A stretch of 64,000 bases of DNA from Candidatus Aenigmatarchaeota archaeon (GCA_016187335.1 JACPJW010000001.1:448001-512000); one strand, 5' to 3'; shown: positions 37,352 to 45,743, counted from the first letter of the stretch. Translations and numbers: made by a program. Notes: generated from the sequence alone by a model not told the origin.

Positions 37352-37706
37352 TCATTTCCCGAATTTCTCCAGTTCAATTCCTGCTTCCTTCATCAGTTCC
37401 GTTCCAAGCTCGACAGGATAATCCGCTTCTGAAACCCTGCACGATGGCATTTTCCTCTGCATGGTTGCACGCGCACTTGTCCAGATCCTCGCCGCTGTTT
37501 ATCCTGCCTTCTTTCCTGTCCATGCACCTTTTGCAGCCGCCCTCGTTGCAGTTCTTCACGTTGCGCGGCGTTCCGTTGTAGCCCGTGGAAATAATCTGCT
37601 TGTTCTTAACGAGAATCGCCCCTTTCGGCCTGGAAAGGCAGTTGGAGCGGAGCTTAACTGCTTCAGCTATGTTCATGAAATACTCGTCCCAGGAAGGTCT
37701 TGCCAT
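37352..37706 (-). pseudogene. dCMP deaminase (ComEB-like) with an internal deletion and frameshift
   Basis: RPSWDEYFM, STGYNGTP and HAEENAI are present but PCxxC is absent. The typical C-terminus DYPVELGTELMKEAGIEL continues in another frame to a stop at 37352-37354. Confidence 0.75.
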
Positions 37707-37764
37707 GCTTTTTGATTGAAGTCAAAATTGATAAGCTTTTCACAGGCCTGAAAAAGAAATAAAG

Positions 37765-37871
37765 TGGGCTCGAGCGGATTCGAACCGCTGACCTTATATG
37801 CTGCTTTCGCATCTGCACGTCAAGCAGACGTCATATTTGGTTTTTGCTGATAGCCACTAGACTACGAGCCC
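37765..37871 (-). tRNA. tRNA-Val(GAC) with two 17-nt introns (37835-37851 D-loop, 37796-37812 at 42/43)
   Basis: GGGCTCG/CGAGCCC acceptor, TCTGC-TTGACGT-GCAG|A anticodon arm, AGCGG-TTCGAAT-CCGCT T arm. Clean BHB GTGC/GCAT at 42/43. Confidence 0.88.
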
Positions 37872-37920
37872 GCTGCAAATCTATAAGACAATTTCTTTTA
37901 ATTCTTTTAACAGAACGAAT

Positions 37921-38006
37921 GCACCAGTAGTCTAGAGCAAAAGCAGAAATTGGTATGACTTGAGCTTCCCAAGCTCAAGATCCGGGTTCGATTCCCGGCT
38001 GGTGCA
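37921..38006 (+). tRNA. tRNA-Gly(CCC) with a 15-nt D-loop intron (about 37936-37950)
   Basis: GCACCAG/CTGGTGC acceptor, TGAGC-TTCCCAA-GCTCA anticodon arm, CCGGG-TTCGATT-CCCGG T arm. Confidence 0.9.
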
Positions 38007-38501
38007 TTATTTCGTAGGCATCTCTTCTTCGCTGCGCCTTGAGGATAAGGAGAACCGCAGCTCAGGTTTTTTCAGGTTTTTCAGGAAATCCGTGCTTATT
38101 CCGCTTTCTTTTTTCGGCTTTTTTTCAGAAGTATCCTGCTTTTTCAGGAAGTTTGAGAAAAATTTCCACAAGCCTGCGGGGAACTCGTCGCGCTGCGCAG
38201 CGCTTTCCCATTCGTTCATGTGTATATGCTTGTTGCCGCAGAATTCGCAGCTTCTCACTTTCGAATTTGTCATGAAATTCCTTTCGCATACAGGGCAGTA
38301 GTACCTGTATTTTGCTGAAGTTGATTTTTTGCTGCTTATTACCTGCACGTCTTCGGAATCGCAGAATTTGCATTGGGTGATTTTGCTGACAGTGTCAAAG
38401 CTCCTTGCGCAGTTCCTGCAGAGATAAAGGCGGCTGAATTTCTGGCCTCGGAACTCATCTAGGTCGTTCAGCGAGCCGGCAGGATACTGGTCAACGCGCA
38501 T
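38007..38501 (-). CDS. Double zinc-ribbon protein
   Basis: CRNC...CKFC and CPVC...CEFC motifs. Confidence 0.75.
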   Translation of the reverse strand: MRVDQYPAGSLNDLDEFRGQKFSRLYLCRNCARSFDTVSKITQCKFCDSEDVQVISSKKSTSAKYRYYCPVCERNFMTNSKVRSCEFCGNKHIHMNEWESAAQRDEFPAGLWKFFSNFLKKQDTSEKKPKKESGISTDFLKNLKKPELRFSLSSRRSEEEMPTK

Positions 38502-38505
38502 AAAA

Positions 38506-38796
38506 TCACCCTAAAATGTTCCCGAAGCCCTCTGTGGCGCGGTCTTCCTGTTCCTGTATTCTTTTCAGGACGGTTTCGGAATCCTTGTATATTTCCGCAA
38601 TGCCTTTCAGCAGCTGTTCCGCTTGTTTCAGTGCCTGCTCCGACGCATCCAGCACGATAAAGTAGCCGTCTTCCTTCATGTCCAAGGATGATGCCAGCCT
38701 TATTAGAATGCTGCCCCTGCTTACCAGGTCGTCTTTCTTCAGGGCATCCTCCGCCTTCTGCTTGCTGTCGGCACTTACGAGGTATACAGATTTCAT
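38506..38796 (-). CDS. Conserved archaeal-type hypothetical protein
   Basis: Compact ORF ending RATEGFGNILG. Confidence 0.65.
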   Translation of the reverse strand: MKSVYLVSADSKQKAEDALKKDDLVSRGSILIRLASSLDMKEDGYFIVLDASEQALKQAEQLLKGIAEIYKDSETVLKRIQEQEDRATEGFGNILG

Positions 38797-38916
38797 GCTC
38801 AGATATTGTAGGCAAGGCTTTATAAATCTTTCCATATTTTCACCACTTTTAAGTGAATATAAGTCGCCAAAGCGGTTACATGGGTACAGAAAATATATTA
38901 TTCAGAATTGCCGGCT

Positions 38917-39090
38917 TTACACGCCAATTTTTATCTTGTTCAAATTCTCAGGAGTAAGCTCGACCATCTCGCCCCTTTCAAGTCCGTACAATTCAACAAT
39001 CTCCTTTGGCAGCGTGATGACAAGACTTTGCCCTACCGTACGCACTTTTACTTTTATGCCGCTTTTCTTTAGAGCCTCAATTTTGCTTAT
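38917..39090 (-). CDS. AbrB/MazE/SpoVT-family small DNA-binding protein (start codon uncertain)
   Basis: KVKVRTVGQSLVITLPKEIVELYGLERGEMVEL is an AbrB fold. The frame has no upstream ATG and is absent from the ORF track. Confidence 0.7.
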   Translation of the reverse strand: MSKIEALKKSGIKVKVRTVGQSLVITLPKEIVELYGLERGEMVELTPENLNKIKIGV

Positions 39091-39179
39091 CTAAAACTAT
39101 AGTTAGTATAAATTCATAGTTGTGCGAAAAGACGCGCCGTGTGGACAAAAGTTATATATCAGCCCGATGAAAAGGAATT

Positions 39180-40385
39180 ATGGAAAGGGCGCTGACGCTG
39201 GTTCTATTGGCTGCAGTTCTGGTTTCCGGCTGCATATCAGGCTCGGACAAACCCGCCGTGAATCCGCTTGCCGCAGAGGCGGGCGCCACTGGAACCAACC
39301 AGCCCGCGCCGTGGCCGTTTGGTCCGGCAAGAGAGGAAAGAAGCACTTATGAGATGATAACCGAGAAGGAGCGCGCACTTCTGCCGGAATGCTCGGACGC
39401 AATGCTTACGCTGCCGCCGGTTGATCTCGGAAGGATAACCGCCATAGAGCCAATAGGCTCGAGCAATCCGCCGGAGCATACCCTGGCGAGCAGCAGCACC
39501 GACACGTACATAGCTGTCGACACCCAGAACACCGAGAGCACGGTCCCGCTGTACGCCCCGGGAAAGATATGGATCACGGTTATCCAGCCGAGGTACGGCG
39601 TGACCCAGGACCCGGAAGACCACGTGATACATTACGCGCTGTGCAGGGACGTGTTCGGCATAGTGGACCATGTGAAGTCATTCTCGCCTGAAATGATGAA
39701 AATTGTGGAAAACTACAAGTGCCCGTACGGGGGAACGCCGGGCGACAGCAGATGCCCCATCCTTCTGCTTGAGCCGGTGGAAGCGGGAACAAAGCTGGGA
39801 GAGGTCGGGAGGAAGCAGGGCAACTTCAATTTCGGGACATGGGATTTGAGGCACACGAATAATTTCGTGAATCCGGCCAGGTACGGGGTAAGGTCGCTTC
39901 ATTCGACGTGCCCTTTCGGCTATTACTCGAGCCCGCTTAGGGAGCAGCTTGCAGGGATGCTGGACAGGGAAGACAGGGACTGCGGAACCGTGGAATACGA
40001 CGTCCCGGGAACGCTGCAGGGGGAATGGTTCTACAACAACGCCACGAACAGGATGCGCGGGGACTGGTTCAACCAGCTGTTCCTCGGCTACAGCAACAGG
40101 CTCCCGGAGGCGGCTGTCATTTCCGTGGGCGGCGTGATTTCGGAGCCGATCAAGTGGATGTTCGTCCCGGAAAAGAGCGGCACGAGGAATGCAGGCTTCG
40201 AAACGGTGTCCGGCAGCGGGATATACTGCTACGAAAGCGACAGGAGCTACTGGAATTACGAAAAAGGCCCGGGCGGAAGAATCATCATACAGCTGATAAG
40301 CCCGCAGAAGCTCCGGATAGAGCACCAGCAGGGAACGTGCTCCGGGGCATATTCCTTCGCGAGCCCGAAGATCTATGAAAGGTGA
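39180..40385 (+). CDS. Lipoprotein with a peptidase M23-like fold (possibly inactive)
   Basis: VSGC signal. PEHT...DTYI, PLYAPG, DHV and VEAGTKLGEVG follow the M23/hybrid-barrel pattern, but the HxH motif is replaced by NFN. Confidence 0.5.
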   Translation: MERALTLVLLAAVLVSGCISGSDKPAVNPLAAEAGATGTNQPAPWPFGPAREERSTYEMITEKERALLPECSDAMLTLPPVDLGRITAIEPIGSSNPPEHTLASSSTDTYIAVDTQNTESTVPLYAPGKIWITVIQPRYGVTQDPEDHVIHYALCRDVFGIVDHVKSFSPEMMKIVENYKCPYGGTPGDSRCPILLLEPVEAGTKLGEVGRKQGNFNFGTWDLRHTNNFVNPARYGVRSLHSTCPFGYYSSPLREQLAGMLDREDRDCGTVEYDVPGTLQGEWFYNNATNRMRGDWFNQLFLGYSNRLPEAAVISVGGVISEPIKWMFVPEKSGTRNAGFETVSGSGIYCYESDRSYWNYEKGPGGRIIIQLISPQKLRIEHQQGTCSGAYSFASPKIYER

Positions 40386-40529
40386 AGAGTTAGCATAGAC
40401 TAAAGATCATTTTACGCCTAAATACGAAGATGCTGTTAAATTTATAATTCAGATCGGCGCAGGTAACGAGACACCCAAGGACATAGAAAAGTGGATAGAG
40501 TTGGAAGATTGGAAGAAAGAGCAACAAGA

Positions 40530-40640
40530 CTAATGCTTTGCAAGCTTTCTAAGCAGTTTTTTATCTTCAACTATAATGGCTTTGGCAGCTTTCCTGAATT
40601 TTCTAAGTTCATTCTTCTGGGTTTTTGTCATTAAAATCAT
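40530..40640 (-). CDS. 36-aa small basic protein
   Basis: Translates MILMTKTQKNELRKFRKAAKAIIVEDKKLLRKLAKH. Confidence 0.4.
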   Translation of the reverse strand: MILMTKTQKNELRKFRKAAKAIIVEDKKLLRKLAKH

Positions 40641-40818
40641 CTCTAGTTTGTTGCTTTACTTGAAACTTATAGGAAGGTAAATTATTTTAAGCCTTCGAGA
40701 GTCACCGAAGAGCGAGAACCAACAACTTCGAAGTCCAAGACTCCTTTAATCATGAATTTTTCTTGATATCTAATATATGACACCGCTAGGATAAAAAGAT
40801 TTCAAGCAAGTAGAAAAT

Positions 40819-42345
40819 ATGGACTATATAATTGAAGGGTCTATCGTTCAAGATGGCCGTAAGAATGAATATGAGGTTCTTGAACTTTTAGGGTCTGGTG
40901 GTTTTGGTAATGTATTCAAATTAAAAAGAAAAAGTGATGGAGAAATTTTTGCACTTAAGACATTGCAAGTAGGGTTTTCAGCGCAAGAGTATATAGATAG
41001 CTTCAGACACGAAAGCGAAGCGGCAACTACAATTTCTAATGCTAACGTCTTGAAGTATGTGTTTTTTCATGATGGAAGCTTGTTTGAACAGCTTCCTCCG
41101 TACATCATTATGGAGTTTGCTGACGGGGGTTCATTGCAACAGTTTCTCGAAGAGCAAAAAATGAAAGGCTACTTCTCAAATTCAGAGATTAAGTCGATGT
41201 TCAAACAACTTATATCTGGAATGAATGCAATTAATGAAAAAATTATACATAGAGACCTCAAACCTGCAAATGTTCTTATTTCTCAAAAAACTTTTAAGAT
41301 AAGCGATTTTGGACTTTCAAAAATTTCTGAGGATGATACGAGAACATGTACCTTTAAGGGAAGTGGCACTTACTCGTATATGTCACCTGAAGCATGGCGG
41401 CTGGAAAAAAATACAGTTCTAATGGACATATATTCTATGGGCTTGATATTTTTTGAAATAGCGACTCTTAAACATGCACTTACTGATGAAAAGACAGAAA
41501 GTGTGGAAAGTTGGAGAACACTACATTTATACACAGCTCCTAAGAATTTGATGCAACTCAATAAGGACTTGAGTCCTCTTATAGTACGACTGATTCAGCG
41601 AATGATTGCTAAAAATTCAACAGACCGCTTTAAGTCTTGGAAAGAAATTGAAGATTTTTTAGAAAAGGATAATTTACCTCAAACAGAGAATAGCGAGACG
41701 ATACGTCAGATACTTGAAAAAAAGTCGGAAGCTGATTACAAAAAAAATCAGGAAATAGCAAGGCTAGAATCAGAGGAAAAGGAAAGAATAGAGAAGAAAA
41801 AGCTCGTAGAATACATGTTTCATGAAAAGGTCGTGAGACCTGTAGAAAAATTTGTTGATGAGTTAAATCAAAAACTATTGCCCCAAGAAAAAATAACACT
41901 TTCAGAAGAAGACTTATTTGTTCGTATTGAATTTTCTAATAGTAAGAGTATAACAATAGAATGCACACCTGTATTAGAAGAAAATCTAACAAGTCGGGTA
42001 TACATGGATGGACACGGAATTCCACGAAAACCGCCAATAGAAATGCCTAAATTAAGACATAAAAGTGTAATAGCTTGGGGTATTATTAACTCGTCTTCTG
42101 AAAAAGGTTACAACTTATTGTTAACTGAAAAAGAAGATGATCCATATGGTGAATGGATTATACTTACAAATACGAGCAGTGCCCTTTATTCTGGTAGAAG
42201 ACAACAACCAGAACCATTTCCTTTTGACTATGATCAATTAGAAAGTGAACTACCAAATATAACTGCAATGCACATTTATGATATGAAAGATGAGATGTTA
42301 AATTTGAGTAAAATTTATGATTTGATTTCAGAGACACTAGTTTAG
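40819..42345 (+). CDS. Hanks-type Ser/Thr protein kinase with an uncharacterised C-terminal domain
   Basis: GSGGFGNV, ALK, HRDLKPAN, DFG and GTYSYMSPE motifs. AT-rich DNA. Confidence 0.92.
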   Translation: MDYIIEGSIVQDGRKNEYEVLELLGSGGFGNVFKLKRKSDGEIFALKTLQVGFSAQEYIDSFRHESEAATTISNANVLKYVFFHDGSLFEQLPPYIIMEFADGGSLQQFLEEQKMKGYFSNSEIKSMFKQLISGMNAINEKIIHRDLKPANVLISQKTFKISDFGLSKISEDDTRTCTFKGSGTYSYMSPEAWRLEKNTVLMDIYSMGLIFFEIATLKHALTDEKTESVESWRTLHLYTAPKNLMQLNKDLSPLIVRLIQRMIAKNSTDRFKSWKEIEDFLEKDNLPQTENSETIRQILEKKSEADYKKNQEIARLESEEKERIEKKKLVEYMFHEKVVRPVEKFVDELNQKLLPQEKITLSEEDLFVRIEFSNSKSITIECTPVLEENLTSRVYMDGHGIPRKPPIEMPKLRHKSVIAWGIINSSSEKGYNLLLTEKEDDPYGEWIILTNTSSALYSGRRQQPEPFPFDYDQLESELPNITAMHIYDMKDEMLNLSKIYDLISETLV

Positions 42346-42350
42346 TTTTT

Positions 42351-42830
42351 TCATTTCATCCAAACGCTCTTCGTATTTATCCTAATAACAAGCCCATAAT
42401 TTTTCATCTCTTTTAACACTTGAAGCCTGTTATCTTTTTTGACCCGAAAGAAAGAAACTAAAATATAGCTCACATCTGGCATAGTGATAAACCCATGCAT
42501 GTTCGCTTTGAGTGAAAGACGTTCAGCAAGCACTCTATAGAAGTATGGACAAGTTTGACTTCTATTCAATGAGCTAGAAACTAGTATACTATTCATCCTT
42601 ATCATCTCGATTTCAGCCATTACCTTTTCTACGTCTTTTTTCGCAATTTCCCTAAAAGGCTTGCCAAAGCGTCTTGAGAGGCTCCGTAATGTATAGAGAT
42701 ATTTTACCACTCTTTTGGCAGTTTTCTGGGTAGCTAGCATATATTGTACAAAGTTCTGAATATCCTCTTTGTCGGATTTCAGCATTTCCCTGTCTTCCAG
42801 TACTGTTTTCAGTACGTTTTCCATTTCCAT
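42351..42830 (-). pseudogene. Truncated tyrosine-recombinase N-terminal domain fused in frame to a small ORF (42351-42596)
   Basis: IQNFVQYML...RVVKYLYTL...KPFREIAKKDVEKVMAEI resembles an integrase N-terminal domain. No catalytic domain follows. It lies directly beside a tRNA-derived att site. Confidence 0.5.
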
Positions 42831-42885
42831 GCCTTTCCACTCTCCTCGCATCAAATAAAGGAGAGTGACTTAGAAGTCGGTATTC

Positions 42886-42936
42886 AAGAGCCACCGGAGG
42901 GAATTGAACCCCCAACCTTCTGTTTACAAGGCAGAT
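42886..42936 (-). mobile_element. att-like partial tRNA-Thr copy
   Basis: 42886-42918 is identical to 43727-43759 (33 bp). It continues into a different anticodon arm (TGT) and has no 5' half. Confidence 0.85.
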
Positions 42937-42944
42937 GATCATGA

Positions 42945-43127
42945 TCATTCGGTCTTTCTAGCGGGAACTCTTTTCATCTCAAGAAACTGTTCTTTTGTCA
43001 ATGATGCGCTCTTCAGGCATGAGTTGATTATGACATTCTGCTGTCTGGACCATTCGGAATCCGGATGAGTCCTTACATATTCGGCCCAGGCATCCACGAA
43101 TTTCATTCTCTGCTCTTGATTGTTCAT
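42945..43127 (-). CDS. Small protein coupled to a nucleotidyltransferase (toxin-antitoxin-like partner)
   Basis: 60 aa, with an ATGA overlap with the upstream gene. Confidence 0.6.
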   Translation of the reverse strand: MNNQEQRMKFVDAWAEYVRTHPDSEWSRQQNVIINSCLKSASLTKEQFLEMKRVPARKTE

Positions 43128-43687
43128 CTGATCATCTTCTCAAATTCTCTAAGCTTCTTGGTGCTTAAATTGCTTCCAAGCATCAGCCTCAGATGCCTCG
43201 CGTCTTCCAGGTCCTTCGGTGATCCAAGTGCCTTTTCTTTATATGCTATCTGAAGCTCAAGGTTGGATATATGAAGAGTTTCTTTTCTGATATTTACCTT
43301 GATAGCTGAGGAAAGAGCCATTTTCTGAACAGGGGCCAGCGCGAACAATATTTCCATGTTTGGAATCACCACGCCTTCCGATGCAAATCTAACAGCTATC
43401 TTGTCGTTTAACAGTTCAAATGAACCATTTGGATCAGAGGCATTGAGGCAGTAGTATCCGCTTTTCAGAAGATGTTCATAGACAGACTTCCACTTTTCCG
43501 CGCTCATTTTGGGAATAATCATGTCTATGTCTTCGCTTGCTCTCGCCCTTCCCAGAAGGATAGAAACATAGCCGCTTACAATAACGTAATCTGTCTTCTT
43601 TGAAATAGTTTTGCAGAAATTAACTGCAAAATTATCAAGCTCTGACAACTCCCTGTCAAGAATAATCGCGCTTTTCGTTATCTCCAT
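43124..43687 (-). CDS. Nucleotidyltransferase-fold protein
   Basis: YVIVSGYVSILLGRARASEDIDMI motif and K...LGSPKDLED. Confidence 0.75.
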   Translation of the reverse strand: MEITKSAIILDRELSELDNFAVNFCKTISKKTDYVIVSGYVSILLGRARASEDIDMIIPKMSAEKWKSVYEHLLKSGYYCLNASDPNGSFELLNDKIAVRFASEGVVIPNMEILFALAPVQKMALSSAIKVNIRKETLHISNLELQIAYKEKALGSPKDLEDARHLRLMLGSNLSTKKLREFEKMIR

Positions 43688-43729
43688 GAATACTAATTAC
43701 GAGAACTTTATTTATACGGTTTTTTAAAG

Positions 43730-43854
43730 AGCCACCGGAGGGAATTGAACCCCCAACCTATTGCTAGTTCTTTTGGGGTATGCAAAGACCTTTTCTTTCA
43801 AGAAAAGGGATTTGCTTACGAAGCAATCGCTCTGCCAGGTTGAGCTACGGTGGC
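43730..43854 (-). tRNA. tRNA-Thr(CGT) with a 51-nt intron at 37/38 (43766-43816)
   Basis: GCCACCG/CGGTGGC acceptor, ATTGC-TTCGTA|A-GCAAT anticodon arm, GGGGG-TTCAATT-CCCTC T arm. Confidence 0.92.
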
Positions 43855-43952
43855 GGCAGCAGTATGATAATTGATGAAAAGAAATTAAAGAGCAAATGAA
43901 AAGTAATATGTTTCTTTTTTCCGAGGGTTTTTCTTTTTGAAAGAAAAAAGCT

Positions 43953-44246
43953 CTACTTCTTCTTCCTGACCCAGATGTCCTGCGCGGAGTAGTAGATCAT
44001 GCCCAGCGAGACGGCAAGCACGGACAATGCCCAGAGCCACCCTATGTTTACGTAGGCGAGTATCTGCCTTGCAAATTCCTGGGTTTCTTCGACAGGGGCC
44101 CCGGCATTGGGCACCGCCGATGGTTCCGCGGATGCTAAGGCGTTCAGGCCGCCGCCTAGCTGCATCAGCATGTACATGAACACCACATTCCCGAGGAATG
44201 CGATGATGCCCACTATAAGGAACGCAACTGAAGATGTCCTTGCCAT
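43953..44246 (-). CDS. Two-TM membrane protein
   Basis: Two hydrophobic helices. Confidence 0.65.
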   Translation of the reverse strand: MARTSSVAFLIVGIIAFLGNVVFMYMLMQLGGGLNALASAEPSAVPNAGAPVEETQEFARQILAYVNIGWLWALSVLAVSLGMIYYSAQDIWVRKKK

Positions 44247-44296
44247 TTTGTGACACATCCCTTGTTTTGATTAAACTTTTTCTAAAAGTTTAAAAA

Positions 44297-44866
44297 TTAC
44301 CCTCCGAGGAGCGAAGCAAAATTGAAAACAATCATGGAATAAAACATCACGAAAAATGAAAGCATCAGAATGGACACGATGATGTACGATGTCAGCGTAT
44401 CGACTTTTGCAAGCTCCTTTGTCGACCTGTACAATGACGCGAGGCCTGTGGAGAAAGTCAGCGCAACGATGAATGACCCAAGGATGATGCCCACATAAGG
44501 AACGAAAAGGAGCAGCGATGTAATGAATAAACCCACCGAAGGCGCCGCCCAGAAAAACGATATGGCAGTGAGCGATTCATAGTATTTTCCGCGGCCGCCC
44601 ATTATCCCTGATATCATCTCGTGCACAAGCCCGAGGCCCAGCGAGACGAGAATAACAAGGGCGAAAACCGCCAGCAGAAAACCTGCAAAAATGCCGGGTG
44701 AAAACGCGCCTGCCAGGAACGCTATTTTTGAAACAAGCAGCGAAGCTCCCAGGGAAAAGAAAAACGCGGAAGTTATCAGCAGCTTCAGCGTCCTGCGAAG
44801 GTCGTGCTTCCTGTAGCTGTTCAGTGCTGACGCCGGCTTCCTGACAGCGTCCCAGTAATCTCTCAT
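44297..44866 (-). CDS. Yip1-family membrane protein
   Basis: About 5 TMs with a Yip1-like layout (KP...F, GGRGKYYESL, LLLFVPYVG). Confidence 0.7.
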   Translation of the reverse strand: MRDYWDAVRKPASALNSYRKHDLRRTLKLLITSAFFFSLGASLLVSKIAFLAGAFSPGIFAGFLLAVFALVILVSLGLGLVHEMISGIMGGRGKYYESLTAISFFWAAPSVGLFITSLLLFVPYVGIILGSFIVALTFSTGLASLYRSTKELAKVDTLTSYIIVSILMLSFFVMFYSMIVFNFASLLGG

Positions 44867-44992
44867 TTTTAAAACCCTAGGTTTTGAAAAGAAGTGATCT
44901 CTTTAGAGGGCACTTCATGGATTATTCTTGTTGACGGCGGTTTTTAAAGGTAAGAATGGCTTAAATAATTAGCAGCTTTATTCTGAGCCAAT

Positions 44993-45334
44993 ATGGCAAT
45001 CTATGTGCCTCGTTTTGTAAAGGAACTCAGATTACTGGAAAGGGGATTTGTTCCTGACACATTTGGCGGGCGCGATTTCTACAGCCATTTTTCGTACGGA
45101 CCCATAGAGATTATTGTAGATGAAATTCAAGTGCCCGGCGGCGACGTTGTATGCGACATAATTTACAGGCACGAAGAGCCCGGTATTCCCGGTATTCGCG
45201 AAGAATATCGCGGGAGATTTATCAATGGTATAGCAGACGATGGGGCTGCCAGGAGAGTTGAAGAGAGAATAACCAGCATGCCAGTAATAAGACCGCGCGC
45301 GGAGGCTACTTATTCACGTCCTTCGGCGTTATGA
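44993..45334 (+). CDS. Hypothetical protein
   Basis: 113-aa ORF downstream of a TATA-like TTTTTAAA. Confidence 0.5.
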   Translation: MAIYVPRFVKELRLLERGFVPDTFGGRDFYSHFSYGPIEIIVDEIQVPGGDVVCDIIYRHEEPGIPGIREEYRGRFINGIADDGAARRVEERITSMPVIRPRAEATYSRPSAL

Positions 45335-45743
45335 CGATGCCGCCCATGCCGCTGGCAGCGAACTGGTGAAGAACGCCTGCAAGGATGTTGACAATATTCT
45401 GCACCTCGTCTATGCGGATTTCTTTTCTTTCAGGGCCAAGAATTTCCACTGCCGAAGGCCCGTAAAGTATGACGGCGTTGAGAAGCAGGAACAGCGTCTT
45501 GGTGACAAATTTTACCTCTACGAACTGGGAATAGCCTGTCTCCAGCCCCTCTATGGGCTTTTCAACCTGCTGCACGTCGCTGTAGTTCGTCTCGTAGATG
45601 ATTGTATCCGGCGTTTTGCTCAGCTTTTCCACGTGCTCTTTGAGGGTCTTGGTAAGGATTTCCTCCTTTGCGCCAAGCGCCTCTATGAGAAATACTACGT
45701 CGTACCAGCCGTCCCTCTTTTTCTTGTCAATGTCTTCTTTCAT
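45306..45743 (-). CDS. Conserved archaeal hypothetical protein
   Basis: IEALG...L...VEKL and YGPSAVEIL. Start moved to ATG 45743 because the upstream extension is a hairpin region. Confidence 0.7.
   Translation of the reverse strand: MKEDIDKKKRDGWYDVVFLIEALGAKEEILTKTLKEHVEKLSKTPDTIIYETNYSDVQQVEKPIEGLETGYSQFVEVKFVTKTLFLLLNAVILYGPSAVEILGPERKEIRIDEVQNIVNILAGVLHQFAASGMGGIVITPKDVNK

Noticed and set aside
42886-42936. Possible 3' half of a split tRNA-Thr(TGT)
   Set aside because: No GC-rich leader for trans-pairing, no 5' half in the window, and a C31:A39 mismatch. An att remnant is the simpler explanation, though a partner elsewhere cannot be excluded.
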